Assembly: GCA_964247055.1 (NCBI GenBank)
Contig: OZ176052.1
Span: 6,262,001-6,326,000, forward strand
Length of the DNA stretch: 64,000 nt
Reading direction: 5' to 3'
DNA from: Paragordius varius
Taxonomy: Eukaryota; Animalia; Nematomorpha
Shown here: piece after piece, positions 38,368 through 52,664 of the stretch
Layout: every line of letters starts with the position of its first letter
How positions within the stretch are numbered: position 1 is the first letter of the stretch
Notes under the pieces: generated by a model
The model's database searches: none
Seen by the model: the letters and a program-made list of their open reading frames with translations, nothing else
Told to the model about the DNA's origin: nothing
Program-made: the position numbers and the translations under genes

Positions 38368-40124
38368 ATTATAATTTTAGTTTATATATGTAGAAATTTA
38401 ATACATCTATTTATTTGTTCATGGTTAATAGTTTTTGAATCACATTTACCATGTTTTACATGCAACAAGAAATAAGGATTAATCTTAATATTTATGATAT
38501 AAATACAAAAATAAAATGCATTTATTGTATTGCCAATTTATTTTAAAAATTAAATCTCTAAATTACAGCCCATATTATGTAAATTTTTATAATAAAAACG
38601 ATATTTATAGTTCAAAAAATACATATGATTTATTTATTCAATAATTTTTTAATAGCGAAATGTGGCTCAAAAATTATTTTCCTGCAAATAAGCATCTATC
38701 TTGTATCAATTATACATATTCAATCATAATTATATAACTTGATACATACAAAGGAAATTAAAAATTTAATTTACCCAACACTTCTCTATGAAAAAATTTA
38801 ATTTTTATATAAATATAAGAAGAAATATATTTATATGGGTAAATTTATATATATGATGACACATCACTTACATGTAGCATAGTTAATAATTAAGTTTACA
38901 CGAGAATAAATATAGTCAAAGGTGCAAACATATTTTTTATTATGTTATTAATGTTGATTAAAATTCATCGAAATATAGAGGCCTTACTTAGTCCAACCAT
39001 AATAATCGTTGGATAGAATAATTAACATTAAGCTAATAATTTGAATATCGAAAATTTTGGATATAGTTCAATTTATTAAATTTTACGAGAATTCAAATTA
39101 TTAGTAAACATAAAATCGTTCTTGTTGACAATATTAACTAAAACATAAAGGTTAGGGCAAATTGAAATCAGTCTTATAAACAATGCGAAAATAATGAGTG
39201 GTTTATTAATAAAGAAAAATCTACGGAAACCCACAAACATTTATATGGCTTGTACAAAAGCACACAAGTATCTGTATGTATCAGACACTACAAAACCGAC
39301 AGGTGATTTTTAAAAATCAAAAATACTTCCAAACTCTGATCTAATCCTTTCTAGTGTAATCCAAATAAATTTTGCGACATTTACAATTTCAGTTTAAATA
39401 TGTTTTAAATTCAAAATGCAGACATATATATAAGATATTTTGAAAGTGTGCTTACAATAGAAAACTACCCCAAAATAATGAAGTGGTAGTATGGAAACAT
39501 TTCACGAAGATATTTATTGAGATTATATTTGATTTTATGTGGCCTTTTCAAGAATAAGCAAGTATTGTTTATTTGATATTGTAATGCAAAATATTTATAA
39601 TTAATAAATTCGAGGGAAACACACTGGTCAATATACCGGTAAATGATTGTTTCTGACCATAAATGAGTGCATTCAAAAACTTAATCCTAGTGGAGACGTA
39701 TTTTCATAAGATCGGTGCCTTTACAGGCCATCAAAAAGCGCTCGATTATAATCTTTGTCTTTAGAAAACGGTATACCTGGATTATATTCAAACGGTCATA
39801 ATTCCAAAAAATCGCCTCAAGATCATGATTTTGGGCACTTAGTTTTTTTCAAAAAAAAGTTAATTTTACTAAGGGTGGGGCAAAAGAAAAATATTCGATT
39901 AGCTTGACTATAATCGGCAACTTCATAATAAAATTAACATTAGCTATCACTGAATTTAATGGGCTTAACGATAAGTATTTGATAAAATATTAAAATCTCA
40001 ATTGGGGGCAATCAAATAATCCAAAATGTTACAAAGTGTTATTTAAAAATTCTAATGTATTTATTGATAAATTATGAGCTTTGTGTAAATAAGTTATAAT
40101 AAATTAAATAAAAAATGGCAAAAA

Positions 40125-43100
40125 TTAATAAATATAATTGTATAAAATTTTAAGATTTTTTGGGCATTGTCTTTGCATATATAATAATAATAATAATGCA
40201 TTATGATTCAAATATTTGCTATCACAGCATAGGCATAGAATAGATAAAAATTTTAAACTGGGTATTTTGTACATAATATCACAATGGGTATTGTTAAGTG
40301 TATCATTATTTTGAATTTGTGTAAAAAACCATGCTAAAATATCAATATATCGCATTTTTCTAGAGATGCTATTAATTTTTAAACTAAAATTGTCCATATG
40401 AGTCCGCATTTCCCCGTACAAAATATCAATACCACAAATATTGACAATGTTACGGAAAAGGCTAATGGAATAAGTTAAGGTTAAATTTCGAAGCTCATCC
40501 GATGGTACATTAATAACATGATATAACTCCGTATTCGCAATACCTTGTTCAAAATTATTAATGGTAGAATGCTTGAATACACAGTTCTTGCAAGTTATCA
40601 ATTCTTGCATAGCAGAAACGTTATATGAATTCATGAAATATATATCATGTGATGCATGTTGACCCAAAAAAATGTTTAATAAGTAAGCTAGAAACCTAGT
40701 CGGCTTTTTCAAATACGGTTGGTATTTAAGGCATAAATGCATATTAGTGTTAACACATAAATTATAAAAAGAATTATTGGATTCATAAATATCAGAGTCA
40801 CTATTACACACAGGTAGAGAGAACCAATGTGAAATTCGGCACCATCGTAACACTAAATGCCAAATGGTATCATTGAGGGGTGGTATGTTTCCAGTGTTTT
40901 CTTTAGGCATAGCTAAATTTCCAATAGCCGTAATTGAAAAAAGTTTTCTTACGGTATCGATAAAAGATTGTTGGTGAGTATAATAAATATTAACGGTAGA
41001 AATATTATTATTATTATTGTTATTATCATTTAACAATCCATAATCGTCTAAAACACTGTGACAAATGTATAAAACTTCTAAGCAGTGAGTTATGACTTTG
41101 TGTAACAATTGAGCATGCTTGTAATACACGGGCCCTGAGTATCTGCTACATGTATTGATCTCACCTAATTTATAAACAGGAGGTTTCAAAAAATAATTGG
41201 GCATACTTGTTATTTTTTCAGGAAATATTATTAAATAAAAATGATAAATCAAAGGACAAAGAAGCCGAATTTGTTATACCCTAAATTTTTTTATTGAGAC
41301 AATTACATAATGACAATACTTGCATTTTAAATAATAAAATGAAATATTGTGCACTCTTAATATACGTATATGAGTAAGTATGGACTGCTAGAAAGTTATT
41401 AATTATTGCTAAATACCATATGCAGCAAAGAGAATTATTATTGGCTAATTATAGTAAAGAGTGAAAAAAATAACTACAAGCCAATGATACTGCCCTTGTT
41501 TTATGTGCTATTTAGCAATAATTAATAGCTTTCTAGCAATATATATTAACTACTGTATATGCAATATATATTAACTACTGTATATGCGCTCGTTCTCACT
41601 TAGATTTTATTCAATTTTAAAATAAATTCTGAATCAACATAACAACTTAGGTTAGTGATTCAAAAATTGTCAAATATAGCAATTAAAAAAATAATTATTA
41701 TTAATGCCATGTTAAAAATATGGCAAATTAGCATTAGACTAGATGGCATTTATATTAAAACATTACCGTTTCCATATGAGTTTTCGCAATTGTCAGTACC
41801 AGAAAAATAAAAAATCATTGGGCCCAATATATTTTCCATAACAAGCGTACAAATATGCAAAGATTGTTCAATTATGGTTGTCATAAATGAAATTTTGATA
41901 CAACTTAAAGGGATAGTGCCGCGTAGTCTCCCAACCTCAAATTCAAATAGAGCGTTTACAAACGTTGCCAAAAAATGACAAATTTGATCATCAAATATAT
42001 TATTACATGCGTTTGTACATGGCGCGTTGGCATAGATTTTGAGATTGATTGAAAATTTAAATAATATTAAAGCTTTGGTAATGTACCATGCAGCATAATG
42101 ATTCACAAGTTCAATCTGGCTATTCGACTCCATATTTTCAACCGTGAACGTTTCATTTTCAGTAGTATAATTCCTGATTGGGGTTGAAATGTTAATTCCA
42201 TACCAAAATAGTTTGTAACCTAACCTTAAACATCTTAAAAGTGTGATTTCATGCATCGGTCCTAAAAGGCGAACCGTCAAAAAAAGATTTTGAAAATGAA
42301 TCATAACCGGATCTTTTATCGTGAACTCGGATAAATGTGATTGAGCAAAAAATTCGCATGATAAATAGCATGTATCAGCTAAAAAATCTTTTAAACCATT
42401 GATAAAGGGATGAGCATCATAGCTTTCCAAACCGTGAACATTTAAATAATGAATAATGTTATCAATATCATTGTCAGAAGGTGTAATACTGACTCTCAAA
42501 CTTTTATAGACTTCATTTATTAATTGACGCCGTAGTGTAAGTCCTTGTTCCCAATACTTACATGCTAACAATATATCATCGCGTTCTTCTAATATAGTAG
42601 CACCCATTAAATAATACGCTTTAACACATGCCATATCTGTAGCTTCAAACTCTACAAACGCATCCATCATGTTACCATCATTTTTAAAGTATAAATTTTT
42701 GAATCTTTTCACATAATTGAAGATGGGATTTTTTTCTTCGTCAAATTTTACAAGTTCTAAAAGGGTTTGTTCAGAACCATATATCCCACAAGTTTCCCAA
42801 ACATCGTTACCAAATCTATTTTTGAGAAAAGGATCGGCTCCATTGCCCAATAAAAATTTCACGGCTTCTGCCCTATCTTCTTGTACAGCATAATGCAAAG
42901 CTGTTTTACCCTGCACATCTGAGTGATTAATGAATTTATGTATTAATTCCTTTGATTCTAACAAATTACATGACTTTTGATCTAAAATATTTTGATATGC
43001 ATTGACTAGCGCTTGGCATAATTCTAAACTCTGAATCGAATTTATAAGGGCTGTTCCACCCGCATAATTTTCAAGAGTTGGATCTACGAAAGAGCTTTCA

Positions 43101-46100
43101 TACTCATTATTACTATTCAGGCCCAATAAATATTGAACAACAGGGATTCGCGTTAAAAAACAGGCACTTCTCAAAGCGGTACTCCCTGTGGTAAGCGAAC
43201 GGGTATTATAAAATTCATGATTTGTTGAAGAAGGACATGCTTCACAAAGCAATTTAACTATAGGTAATCGACCCAAAACACAAGCAACCCATAAGGGTGT
43301 AACTTGTTGAACATTACCAATTATTCCATTACAATTAGTGGTAGTGCTAGAATTAGAGTTTGATGACAAAAGATTAATTTGACGATTATGATTATGCTGA
43401 TTATGATATGGTACCGGATAAGGGGATGAAATTGATGAATGACCTTCCAACAAATTAGCCATGTTGGGTGCAACGTTATTATTAACTGTGTTTGTGTTTG
43501 TGTTTAAACAATTAATAGGTAAGCCGCAACGCATTCGAAGTACGTCTATATTTATAAAGGAATAATTTATTTTAAAATGAATAAGTATTATAACAGAAAG
43601 ATATATTTATGGCTCAAATAACACTTATATTGGTGGATAAAAATACGCTTAATATGTAATTATATTATCAGCAAAACGCAAATTAATGCTAAGCAAACTA
43701 AAAGTTTTAAGTAACCATAATAAAAAATTTGAGCTGATATTTATCACGATGAATGAAAATAATAACCTATGAATATGATTTAATACAGCTACATCATATT
43801 TATGATATGACACTTTTTTAATAGTTTTAAAAAAATTAACAGCTGAAAAAAAATGTAAATTTCACAAAAAATATATATTTATAGATTATATAAAAGGAAC
43901 TATCATTAATAATATTAATACGATACCAAATGATGAAATAATGGTATGTAAGGGTTAAGAGGAATTCACATGCTCTAAAAGACATTGTATATAAAACATA
44001 AATACCATACATATGAAGGATTAATTTTAGTGTATCACTACCGAACGACTCATGACAAAATTGCAGGCGAAAAACAATAACTTCAACAAATAACAGAATA
44101 AATTAGTAAAATCATACTTAAAATTGAGCATAAAGTATAACTTTTCTAAAGATCCTTTGAAATCATCTCAAATGTATGAAATATTACTTACGAATCTTAT
44201 GAGGGATCCAGATATACTCTCAACTGCCACTTATAGACACATAAACAAATACTAATGAGAAACATATAATAACATGTGACGACAAAACGCAAAATGAAAC
44301 TACATTGATAACATTTCACAAGCCTAAACGAAAAAACTCCGATTAATTTAAACCTATAATCAATGATTTTTAAAACCAATATAAACCAACTTTTTTCATA
44401 GATTATATATTATATAATATATTATAAAATGAGAAAATTCACAATCGTTTATTTGGTGACTAAATTAAGTTTTAAAATCCTAAAACCATAAACACTGACT
44501 AATGACTACAATCACATTAAAAAGTAATGTAAAGTATTTAATTTTTTAATAATATTCACGTCTTCAGCAAATAATTAAATGACTTAAAAATGAGATGCAT
44601 TTTCAAATTTTTTAATTCAGCTTAAAATCAAACAATTTTTTTAAAGAATAAATGAATTTGGGATGGTCTGAAATTTTTAAAAATATTTTCGAAATTTTAT
44701 TTGCTTATCATTTTCAACTAAAATCAAATTAAATAAAATTAAACACTTATTCTAAATCAAATGCTTTATTAATAAATATTTTTGACATTTGAGAGTTTAA
44801 TAAGCATATATCATCCCTTGATATGTAGTGTATCTAATTTTATTCTCTTTTTAGTCATAATATTTAATTAAAAAAATCATTAGGACAAATTAACGTTTTA
44901 AACAAAAGCTTTAAAATTTTTGCAATTAAATATAAATAAACTAATTACAATAAAGATGAAAAATGTTTTTTAAATATCATAATTCAAAAATATTTTTTAA
45001 ATAGTTTTAGTTATTTCAAAATAATTAAGTTGGATTGGAAAAGTTGATTATGAATGAAAAAGGGATTATTATTATATATTTTGTCAAATTTGTTGAAAGA
45101 GAATATTTAATTGATAACACTTTGACGATAGATATAGAAAAAGGCGTTTATTTGAATTACTGTATGAACAAATAAAATTTATAATGAATAAATAGGGTTA
45201 AAATTCAGAAAATTTAAATTGTGTGAAACAAAGTAACAATATTGTAAAAGTATCATATATTATAATTGGTGTATATTGGAACCGAACCCCTATTTATTTT
45301 GCAAAAAATTTGCAAGTAATAAAAGAAAGACAGCTAATCTGGAGAGGGATGTTTCTTACGCCTCAAATTATACAATAAAAACACCAGGATTGTTTAAACA
45401 CCTAAATCATCTTCATACTAATATAAATTCTGAATGAGCCTGGCAAAAAGATATTAATAGAGGGAAAAAATTTAGACATACATCCCATGCGCTAAAGGAC
45501 TTTTAAAGCAGATATTAAGCGTCTTTTTTTGATAAATATAATGGAAAAATTTTTTTAAAATGCCTCGTCCCAAATTTTTCGATAAAGTATCTGAAGAATT
45601 TATTTAAACCTCTTATAAATATAAAATATGGTACCTATCAAAGACAACGATGTGCCTTTTTCATCTTCCCACTCGCACCATGTTTTCCAATCCCAGCAGA
45701 GTTTTTGGGTCAAGTTGACTTTGCAATCCATAACCAAAAATCTCAAATAAAAAAATATTATACCTAATGATTGATAAGGGTGCATCGCATAATATGCAAA
45801 ACATTAAAAGTGATATGATTCTTTGTTCCTCACCAATCGAAGAAAACATATATCTTATAAGTGTATTTATATCATGTAAATAGTTTGACTCATTCATTTG
45901 ATCTCTGCCAGATATTTCTGAAATGTTCCACAGCTTTATAATAGATAAATCTGAATCTTCTATTGTACACATAGCATCTTCGGGATTAAAAATTTGTGAA
46001 CAAATGGAAGACTTTTGTTCTATATTTAGATGTTTCAGGATATGATATAAAGAAGTCAAAGCAGTTTCTTCAGATAAATTTTTATTTAAAAGTTTGATTA

Positions 46101-46140
46101 TAATGTTAAAAACTTTGACAGTGTATTTTTGCATATCCAT
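40125..46140 (-). CDS. fem-1-like ankyrin/TPR protein (~1,100 aa); exons 46140-45764, 45741-45635, 43545-41767, 41164-40125
   Basis: Fem-1-type ankyrin repeats VTPLWVAC, GSTALRSACF, GGTALINSIQS and GKTALHYAVQE, plus YLMGATILEE. Three separate ORFs join in frame through GT-AG introns of 22, 2,089 and 602 nt. The exact last splice sites are inferred. Confidence 0.8.
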
Positions 46141-46832
46141 ATCGATTTAAAAATTTAAATTACACTAACGCAATCTTGTGATTATAATGTGATTTATCAA
46201 AAAAAATAAATACTAATGAGATTAAATATCTTTATTAAAATTTTTATAGTCATTAATTAATATGTAAATAATCATTTAGATTTATATATTATATTTGGAA
46301 AATAGATATTTTCAGCATTGATAGATATTAAGGTTTTGTAAAATGTATATCGACAGAGAAAATACCCTTAAATATACTATTTTATAATAAATATGTGTAT
46401 CATAATACTCATAGTCCCATTGTTAGGCGATATTAACGATTTGTAATACATTTTTTGCCAATTCTTAAATAATTTCAAAATTTACGCACAATATAATAAA
46501 TAAACTTCTTATTATCTAATATATTGTCACAACATATACTATTATAACAAAACAATATTTATTAATTTTTATTTTCAGATATTGGCTTCGTTGAAATTTT
46601 TGGCTACTAAAATAAGTTAGTTCTTGTAAAATAAACGCAGAAATGCCGAAATTGCGCCTAATATAAATATATTCTAGATAACGACATCAAAAACATATTT
46701 TCTAAAAAATGCCAAGTTTCTTTAAAATTATTTTTAGCCAATTTGCGCAATCATAATTGATTAAACCAATAAAAATACATTTATATTTTTAAAACACTTT
46801 TTTCTATAACTGATTGCTTCAGATTGATTAAA

Positions 46833-47592
46833 CACTTGGATAAACACATTCATTTCAGTCCTTAGATTCAAATTGGGACAGTTAGATACACCAGGCTTGT
46901 TTAAAATTAAAAAATCCAAAAAATATGTAATAAATTGAAACGCAAAAGTTTGCATTTGTGTAAGATTCAATATACAATCATGCATTATTTAAAAAAATTT
47001 ATTTTTTTTTCGTTAAATGGGTTTAAATATTTGGGGAAGAATGGAAAAAACAAGAGCTCTTTGGTAATATTTATAGTTTTTTGATAAATATATTGTTAAT
47101 ACCATAAAGCCTTTGTTTCCATTCTTTACCAGATATTTATACCCATTTAACGAAAAAAATAAATTAAAGGATACTTGACTGTAATAATATTTCATTCAAA
47201 AAACTGGATATTACTTATTCAAGGGTAACACCCAATGGTAAAAATATAGCCAACATTACATGTGTGCATAAGCTAAATATAAAGATAATCCAAAATCCAC
47301 CACTTTTTCTGTCTATAACACTGTTAAATGTTATTTAAAAAAAGTAAGCTTAATTTTAGGCTTAGAACTAAAAAAATTAATACATCGCAAAAATGTTGTA
47401 AAATATAATGGCATCCAAGTAGTTTGATGCGTAACTTGTTACTAAATTTTAGTAGATATTTTGGCTTATTTATAAAATTTTATTAGGATAGAATCATAAA
47501 TTTAAATTGAAATCATTTCTTTCAGTAGTTATTTAAAAATTTCAATTTAAATATTGTCTGGGGTATTTACATACCCAATTTGAACTTAAGTA
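46833..47592 (-). mobile_element. piggyBac-like MITE family A with ~400 bp of unrelated internal sequence
   Basis: 46833-46985 and ~47390-47592 match the two ends of family A. Confidence 0.6.
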
Positions 47593-50500
47593 TTAAGTAA
47601 TTCAACCATAAATTTATGCAATATTATTTTAATGACTTTTATATTAAAATAAATTTTAGGACAAACATTTCTAATTCTCAGTAGAAGTGTTCATTATTTG
47701 TTTTGGGTAGTAAAGTTAACAAAACACTTCTTCTTAAAAATTTTTGGTTAAATATCAAAACATGCTTGTATTAGATATAAAAACTAAAAAATGTTGCAGT
47801 ATTTTAACTTCTACAGTCCCAATAATTTACAATCATTCCAAAATTAATTATTATAACCATAATATACATTTTTATGACAGTTGTATTCACGATAAAATAA
47901 AGAAAAACGGCGAAAAAATTTGAGTTGAGGTTTTTTTTATTATTTAACATTTTAAAAAAATATCATTGTATCATTCCTCTAAAAAACCCTATATTTACAT
48001 TTGGTTCAAAGCTAAAAATATATTTCAAAATAACTAAGTTTTTCAAAAGCTCTAATGCATAAACTACAGCAAAAACTTATGTGTGAAGTATGCTGCATTA
48101 AAATTTTGCAAAAATTTAATTTTTAAAAAAATTATGCAGTTTTCTAGAGATTTATTTAAATATTAAAATTGTTTCTGCCCAATTTCGGCGTTATTGCCTT
48201 TATTTTAGGAATAAAGCCCATTTTAAAGGGTCTAAAAAATTGCGACTTGCCTCTAAAATTTTATTTAATATGTAGTGTGTTGTTTTTGGAATAGAATTAT
48301 GTAAAATATTTTTTGGAATATAGCCTCTAGTTACCAAAATTAGCATAACACAGTGTTCAGAAAAAATAATAAATTTATATTTTCTGATTAAAAATATCGG
48401 GATTCTCATGGTGCTTTTGGTTTTGGACCTAGAGTGTTTTAAGAAAGTTATTTAGATTTTTGTGATAACTGCTCCATATCGGAAAATGGCAATACTTGCC
48501 CGCATTATGTTAAATATTTCTAGGAAAATTAAATGGTTTATTCCAAATATAACTTAAATATATTATAAACAACATATACAAAGAAAAACAATATTCCTAT
48601 AAAATTTTTATTTTTGAATTAGGGCTATAAATGTCGCAAATATTTCGCCCTTTTACAAAGGCAAAAACGCTGAGATTTTGAGATAAAAAAATTTAATATT
48701 TGCAAAGGCATCATAAAATTTTTCCTGAAAAAATGGTTATTTTTAAAAACTTTACAAATTGCTGATAGAGAGAAAACTAACCTATATATTGAAATTCTAA
48801 TGTGATAAAAATGTACAGCATCATCGGATTATTTAAAAAAGTGTTTTTTATAATAAAAGTAATTATTATACTTTCCATCATGCCTCAAAATAGTATGAAA
48901 AACGCTTCAACAACATTTTGTTTAAAATAAAATTTTTTTATAAAAATATGCTTTTATCAAAAATATATTTATTTGATATCAAAATGCATATATTTAAAAT
49001 ATTTATCGGGCAATCTCGGCATTTTTGCCTTTTTAAAAAGTAAACTAGCACATTTCGGAAAAGTTAAAAAATTTGGGAATTAAGATTCCAACATCTAAAA
49101 TTAAAAATTTTTAATAATATTATTTTTTTATATGCAGTCTATGATATACTGTAGAGATATTTTTCGTATTTAACAAACGCAAATTTACGACTTTTCTACA
49201 TTCATCAACTACAAAAAAGTGCAGATAAGTTTTTTTATCACTTGTGAGCTTAAAAGCCAAAAGCATTACATTTTCCAATCAAAAATATATTTCATAAGGA
49301 TATTTTTTTACATCCAATATTAGACGAAGTGTAATGTGCGCAAATATGACATATTTATACATGAAGTAATTAGCACGAAAGTGGTGATAAATTTCTTAAT
49401 CAAGTTATTTTTCATACCACTCGATTTTATACACAATGTTAGAATACAATTTATATTTCAGATTCAGTGTTGCAATAATGGGAACACCGAAAGACAAAAA
49501 ATTGTGTCTATCATCCATTAATTTAGCAGATTATATCAGTTGTCTAAATTTTGCAAGCTGCCATTAGTCAAACACACTGTGGCCCAACAGATATCTTTTC
49601 TGGCCGCATTTTGGCTCAAAAAACGCCGGGTTGTATTTTGGAACCAATATAATCAGAGGGACATTTTATAAATAAAAAATTTACGAACACAATATCATCA
49701 CTATTTAATTTACAAACTGCTAATTCTGTTGCCGAAATTCGAAATAACTTAAATCTTGATGTCAAGGATTACCTGGAGATACAAAATTATATAATCTCAC
49801 CAACGGTTCGATTAAACTTTTATCGAAGAAAGTAAATTTAATCAATTTTTGCTGACCAATTCACACGAATAATTAATATTAATTTAAAATTTAGTATATT
49901 TTTAGCTAATATTTTTTAAATTTAGTTTTTTCTTTGGTTCAAATTTTCGCGGGCAGTACTAAGAATCGTCGAGAGCGTATGCGACTTATTCACTCTTCTG
50001 ATAGATATCAAACAATAATTAAGCATGTTACACATTAAACAACATATGATGATATTCTTAATATATTTAAAATTGTGTAACATTTCAATACAAATTGGCA
50101 AATTCAATTTCAAACTTTTTGGTGCTATTTTTACATCTTTTATTTTCAATTTTTTATATTCTAAAGTTTTTAATAAAAAAAATCATCAAGGCTGAACTGG
50201 TTGTAATATTAGCCTATTTGGAATAACAAACGCCTTCAATAAACTAAAAATTTACGTAGATATAAATAAAAGGTAATAATTTTAACTGATTTTTAATGTT
50301 TTGTTTTATCATGTTTTCTTCTCACATTTAGAGGTTACATGAATACTAACACGATATACTTCTTTATGCGCTTAGAATGATGGGATAAAGATTATAAAAT
50401 GGATCAATTTAGCCAAGCTTGAGGTGGGTGTTCCCATTCAATTCAGGCGTGCCTTGCTCTTTGGCACCTGTTCCATCATTCTGAATAAACAATTTTTCCT

Positions 50501-51069
50501 ATCGTACATTACTTAGGTTATTTTATTTAAAGTTTTTTTTTCATACACTTCTGTTTTGCCATCAACCAACTAGTGTGAATAAGTCAGCATTAAAATCCAT
50601 AATGTATAAATTTAAAATGAAGTATTTTGTATATTTTTCGCTGGTGCTACTTGGTATATACGTTCCTTTAGATATATTTTAATGGGCGATGAGATCTTAT
50701 CAATTCATATTTATATTTGTGAATTTTTTAAATATTACTTTGTCTAAGGCTTTATTTATAATCTTTTATTAACCAATAGATTCTTAATGTCAAGAGAAAG
50801 GGGCAATAGAAGACTCTATTATTTAGAAATATATAAGGCAAAATTTATATAAAAAAATTTTATAAATATTATATTTTATCAGTATTGAATTATAAATATC
50901 GGGCTTACAACTATTTGTATCAAAAACAAATAAATGATTTGAATTTTATAAACATTAATAATTCATAAAATATTTAAATCCTTGGATAAAACGATAGAGC
51001 ATTAACATTATTTATATCCAAAAAAATAGTAAAATATAAAAGGTATAATAGGGTTGCATTAACATAAGA

Positions 51070-51509
51070 TCAAAAAAATAATCTAAAGGGTATGAGTCCA
51101 CCACCACCCCGTCTTAAATTATTATCAATGTCGTCACCAGAAAATGTGCCTTGAATTCTTTCTTGATTAGGATTAAATACAGAATAGGCACTTAATGTTT
51201 TTATATTACGATTCGTAGATGTTTGAAAATATATAAATATAAGGATTGATATGATAATATAAATAATTGCAAATCGAATATGTATAAAAAAAATTAAACC
51301 TAAAATCCAAATAATAGTTATTATTAAAATATATTTATAATTAAAAGGAGTCACATGTATTGATTCATCGACTTCGATATCTACTACTTCTTCAGTATTT
51401 TCTGGGAGGAGAGAAATTTCATCTTGTTCTTTCACCTATTATTTTATATTTTAATTACTTTATTTGAGCGATAATCTTGCAAAGATTGCAATACATTTTT
51501 TATATCCAT
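51070..51509 (-). CDS. SAYSD1: SAYSvFN domain-containing membrane protein (138 aa); exons 51509-51459 and 51435-51070
   Basis: Hydrophobic hairpin followed by SAYSVFNPNQERIQGTF. The N-terminus MDIKNVLQSLQDYRSNK joins through a 23-nt GT-AG intron. Confidence 0.9.
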
Positions 51510-52098
51510 AAAAATTTCGAACACATGGGAATACTAAATGCTACAAAACAGAACATTCGTTTGTTATTTTATCATTTTTGTATTTTTACCCAAGATCCTT
51601 ATATTTCATACTTGGATTTTTTTGCTAAAAACGTTAATTATATTATCAAACATTCCTACCTTGTGCAGTTTCACAATGTTATATACAAATCAAATTAGCA
51701 TGCCTTTGTTATAAAATGGGTTGAAACCCTAAGCCTGTATCAAATATTTTATTATGAAAATATGCTTAAAACTAAAAATTTTTGCACTAAAATTAAATCA
51801 AAATATAAGAAATACCACAAATTTATGATACATATATTTTACAAATTTAGACAAAAGGTTGGTGAATTAAAAATATTATTATTTTCGACATTTGATTATT
51901 ATTGATATATAACCTATATATTATCTGCAAAATCTAAAGTGTCCCAATGTTCAATGTTTTAAATACAAATGGTGAAGAAATAGTTTAATGGCAAACTTTT
52001 TTCTTATAACTAAAATAATTAATTAGCTTATATAATATTTAGGATTGTGGCATAAATATAAAATCGCTTAGTAACTTTAAAAGGTTTTATAATATTAA

Positions 52099-52664
52099 CA
52101 CTTCGATTTTGGGGTATCTAAATACCCCAGACTAAATTTAAATCAATATTTTTAACATACTGAAGGAAACGGTCTTAATTTAAATTTATGCTTCTATCCT
52201 AATAAAAAATATATAAATATTCCAAAATATCTTAATAAAATTTTGTATTGAAAAAAAGTTATATGTCAAACTACTTCGACGCCATTTTTATTTTACAAAA
52301 TTTTTGCAAAATATCGTCTTCATTTAATTTTAAGGGTAAAATTAAAGCTAAGATTTTATTTAAATTACATCTAACATTGATAGAAATAAAAAAAGCGGTT
52401 GATTTCGTATTATTTTTTAATTTTACCATTTCATACATGTCACGTTGACGAAATTTTCACCTTTCGGTTTTAGTTTAAAATAAGTAATATCAAGTATTTT
52501 TGGAATAAATTTTTTTATATATTTTAATATTATTAATGTTATATAAGTGCTAAATTTTGCCATGGTATATTCCTTCCATATTTAAAGTATTTGATTTTAA
52601 ACATGCCTGGGGTATCCAATTACCCCAATTTGAATCGAAAGGAAAATGAGTGTGTTGTAAAGTA
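52099..52664 (+). mobile_element. piggyBac-like MITE family A
   Basis: Colinear with 5048-5603; TTAA at 52095-98 and 52665-68. Confidence 0.75.

Noticed and set aside
45600-46140. ORFs 45661..46140 and 45600..45785 as independent genes
   Set aside because: Better explained as exons 1-2 of the fem-1-like gene.
49559-49834. ~90-codon plus-strand frame with one internal TAA (AISQTHCGP...RLNFYRRK)
   Set aside because: No recognisable similarity, start or partner exons; cannot be supported as a pseudogene.
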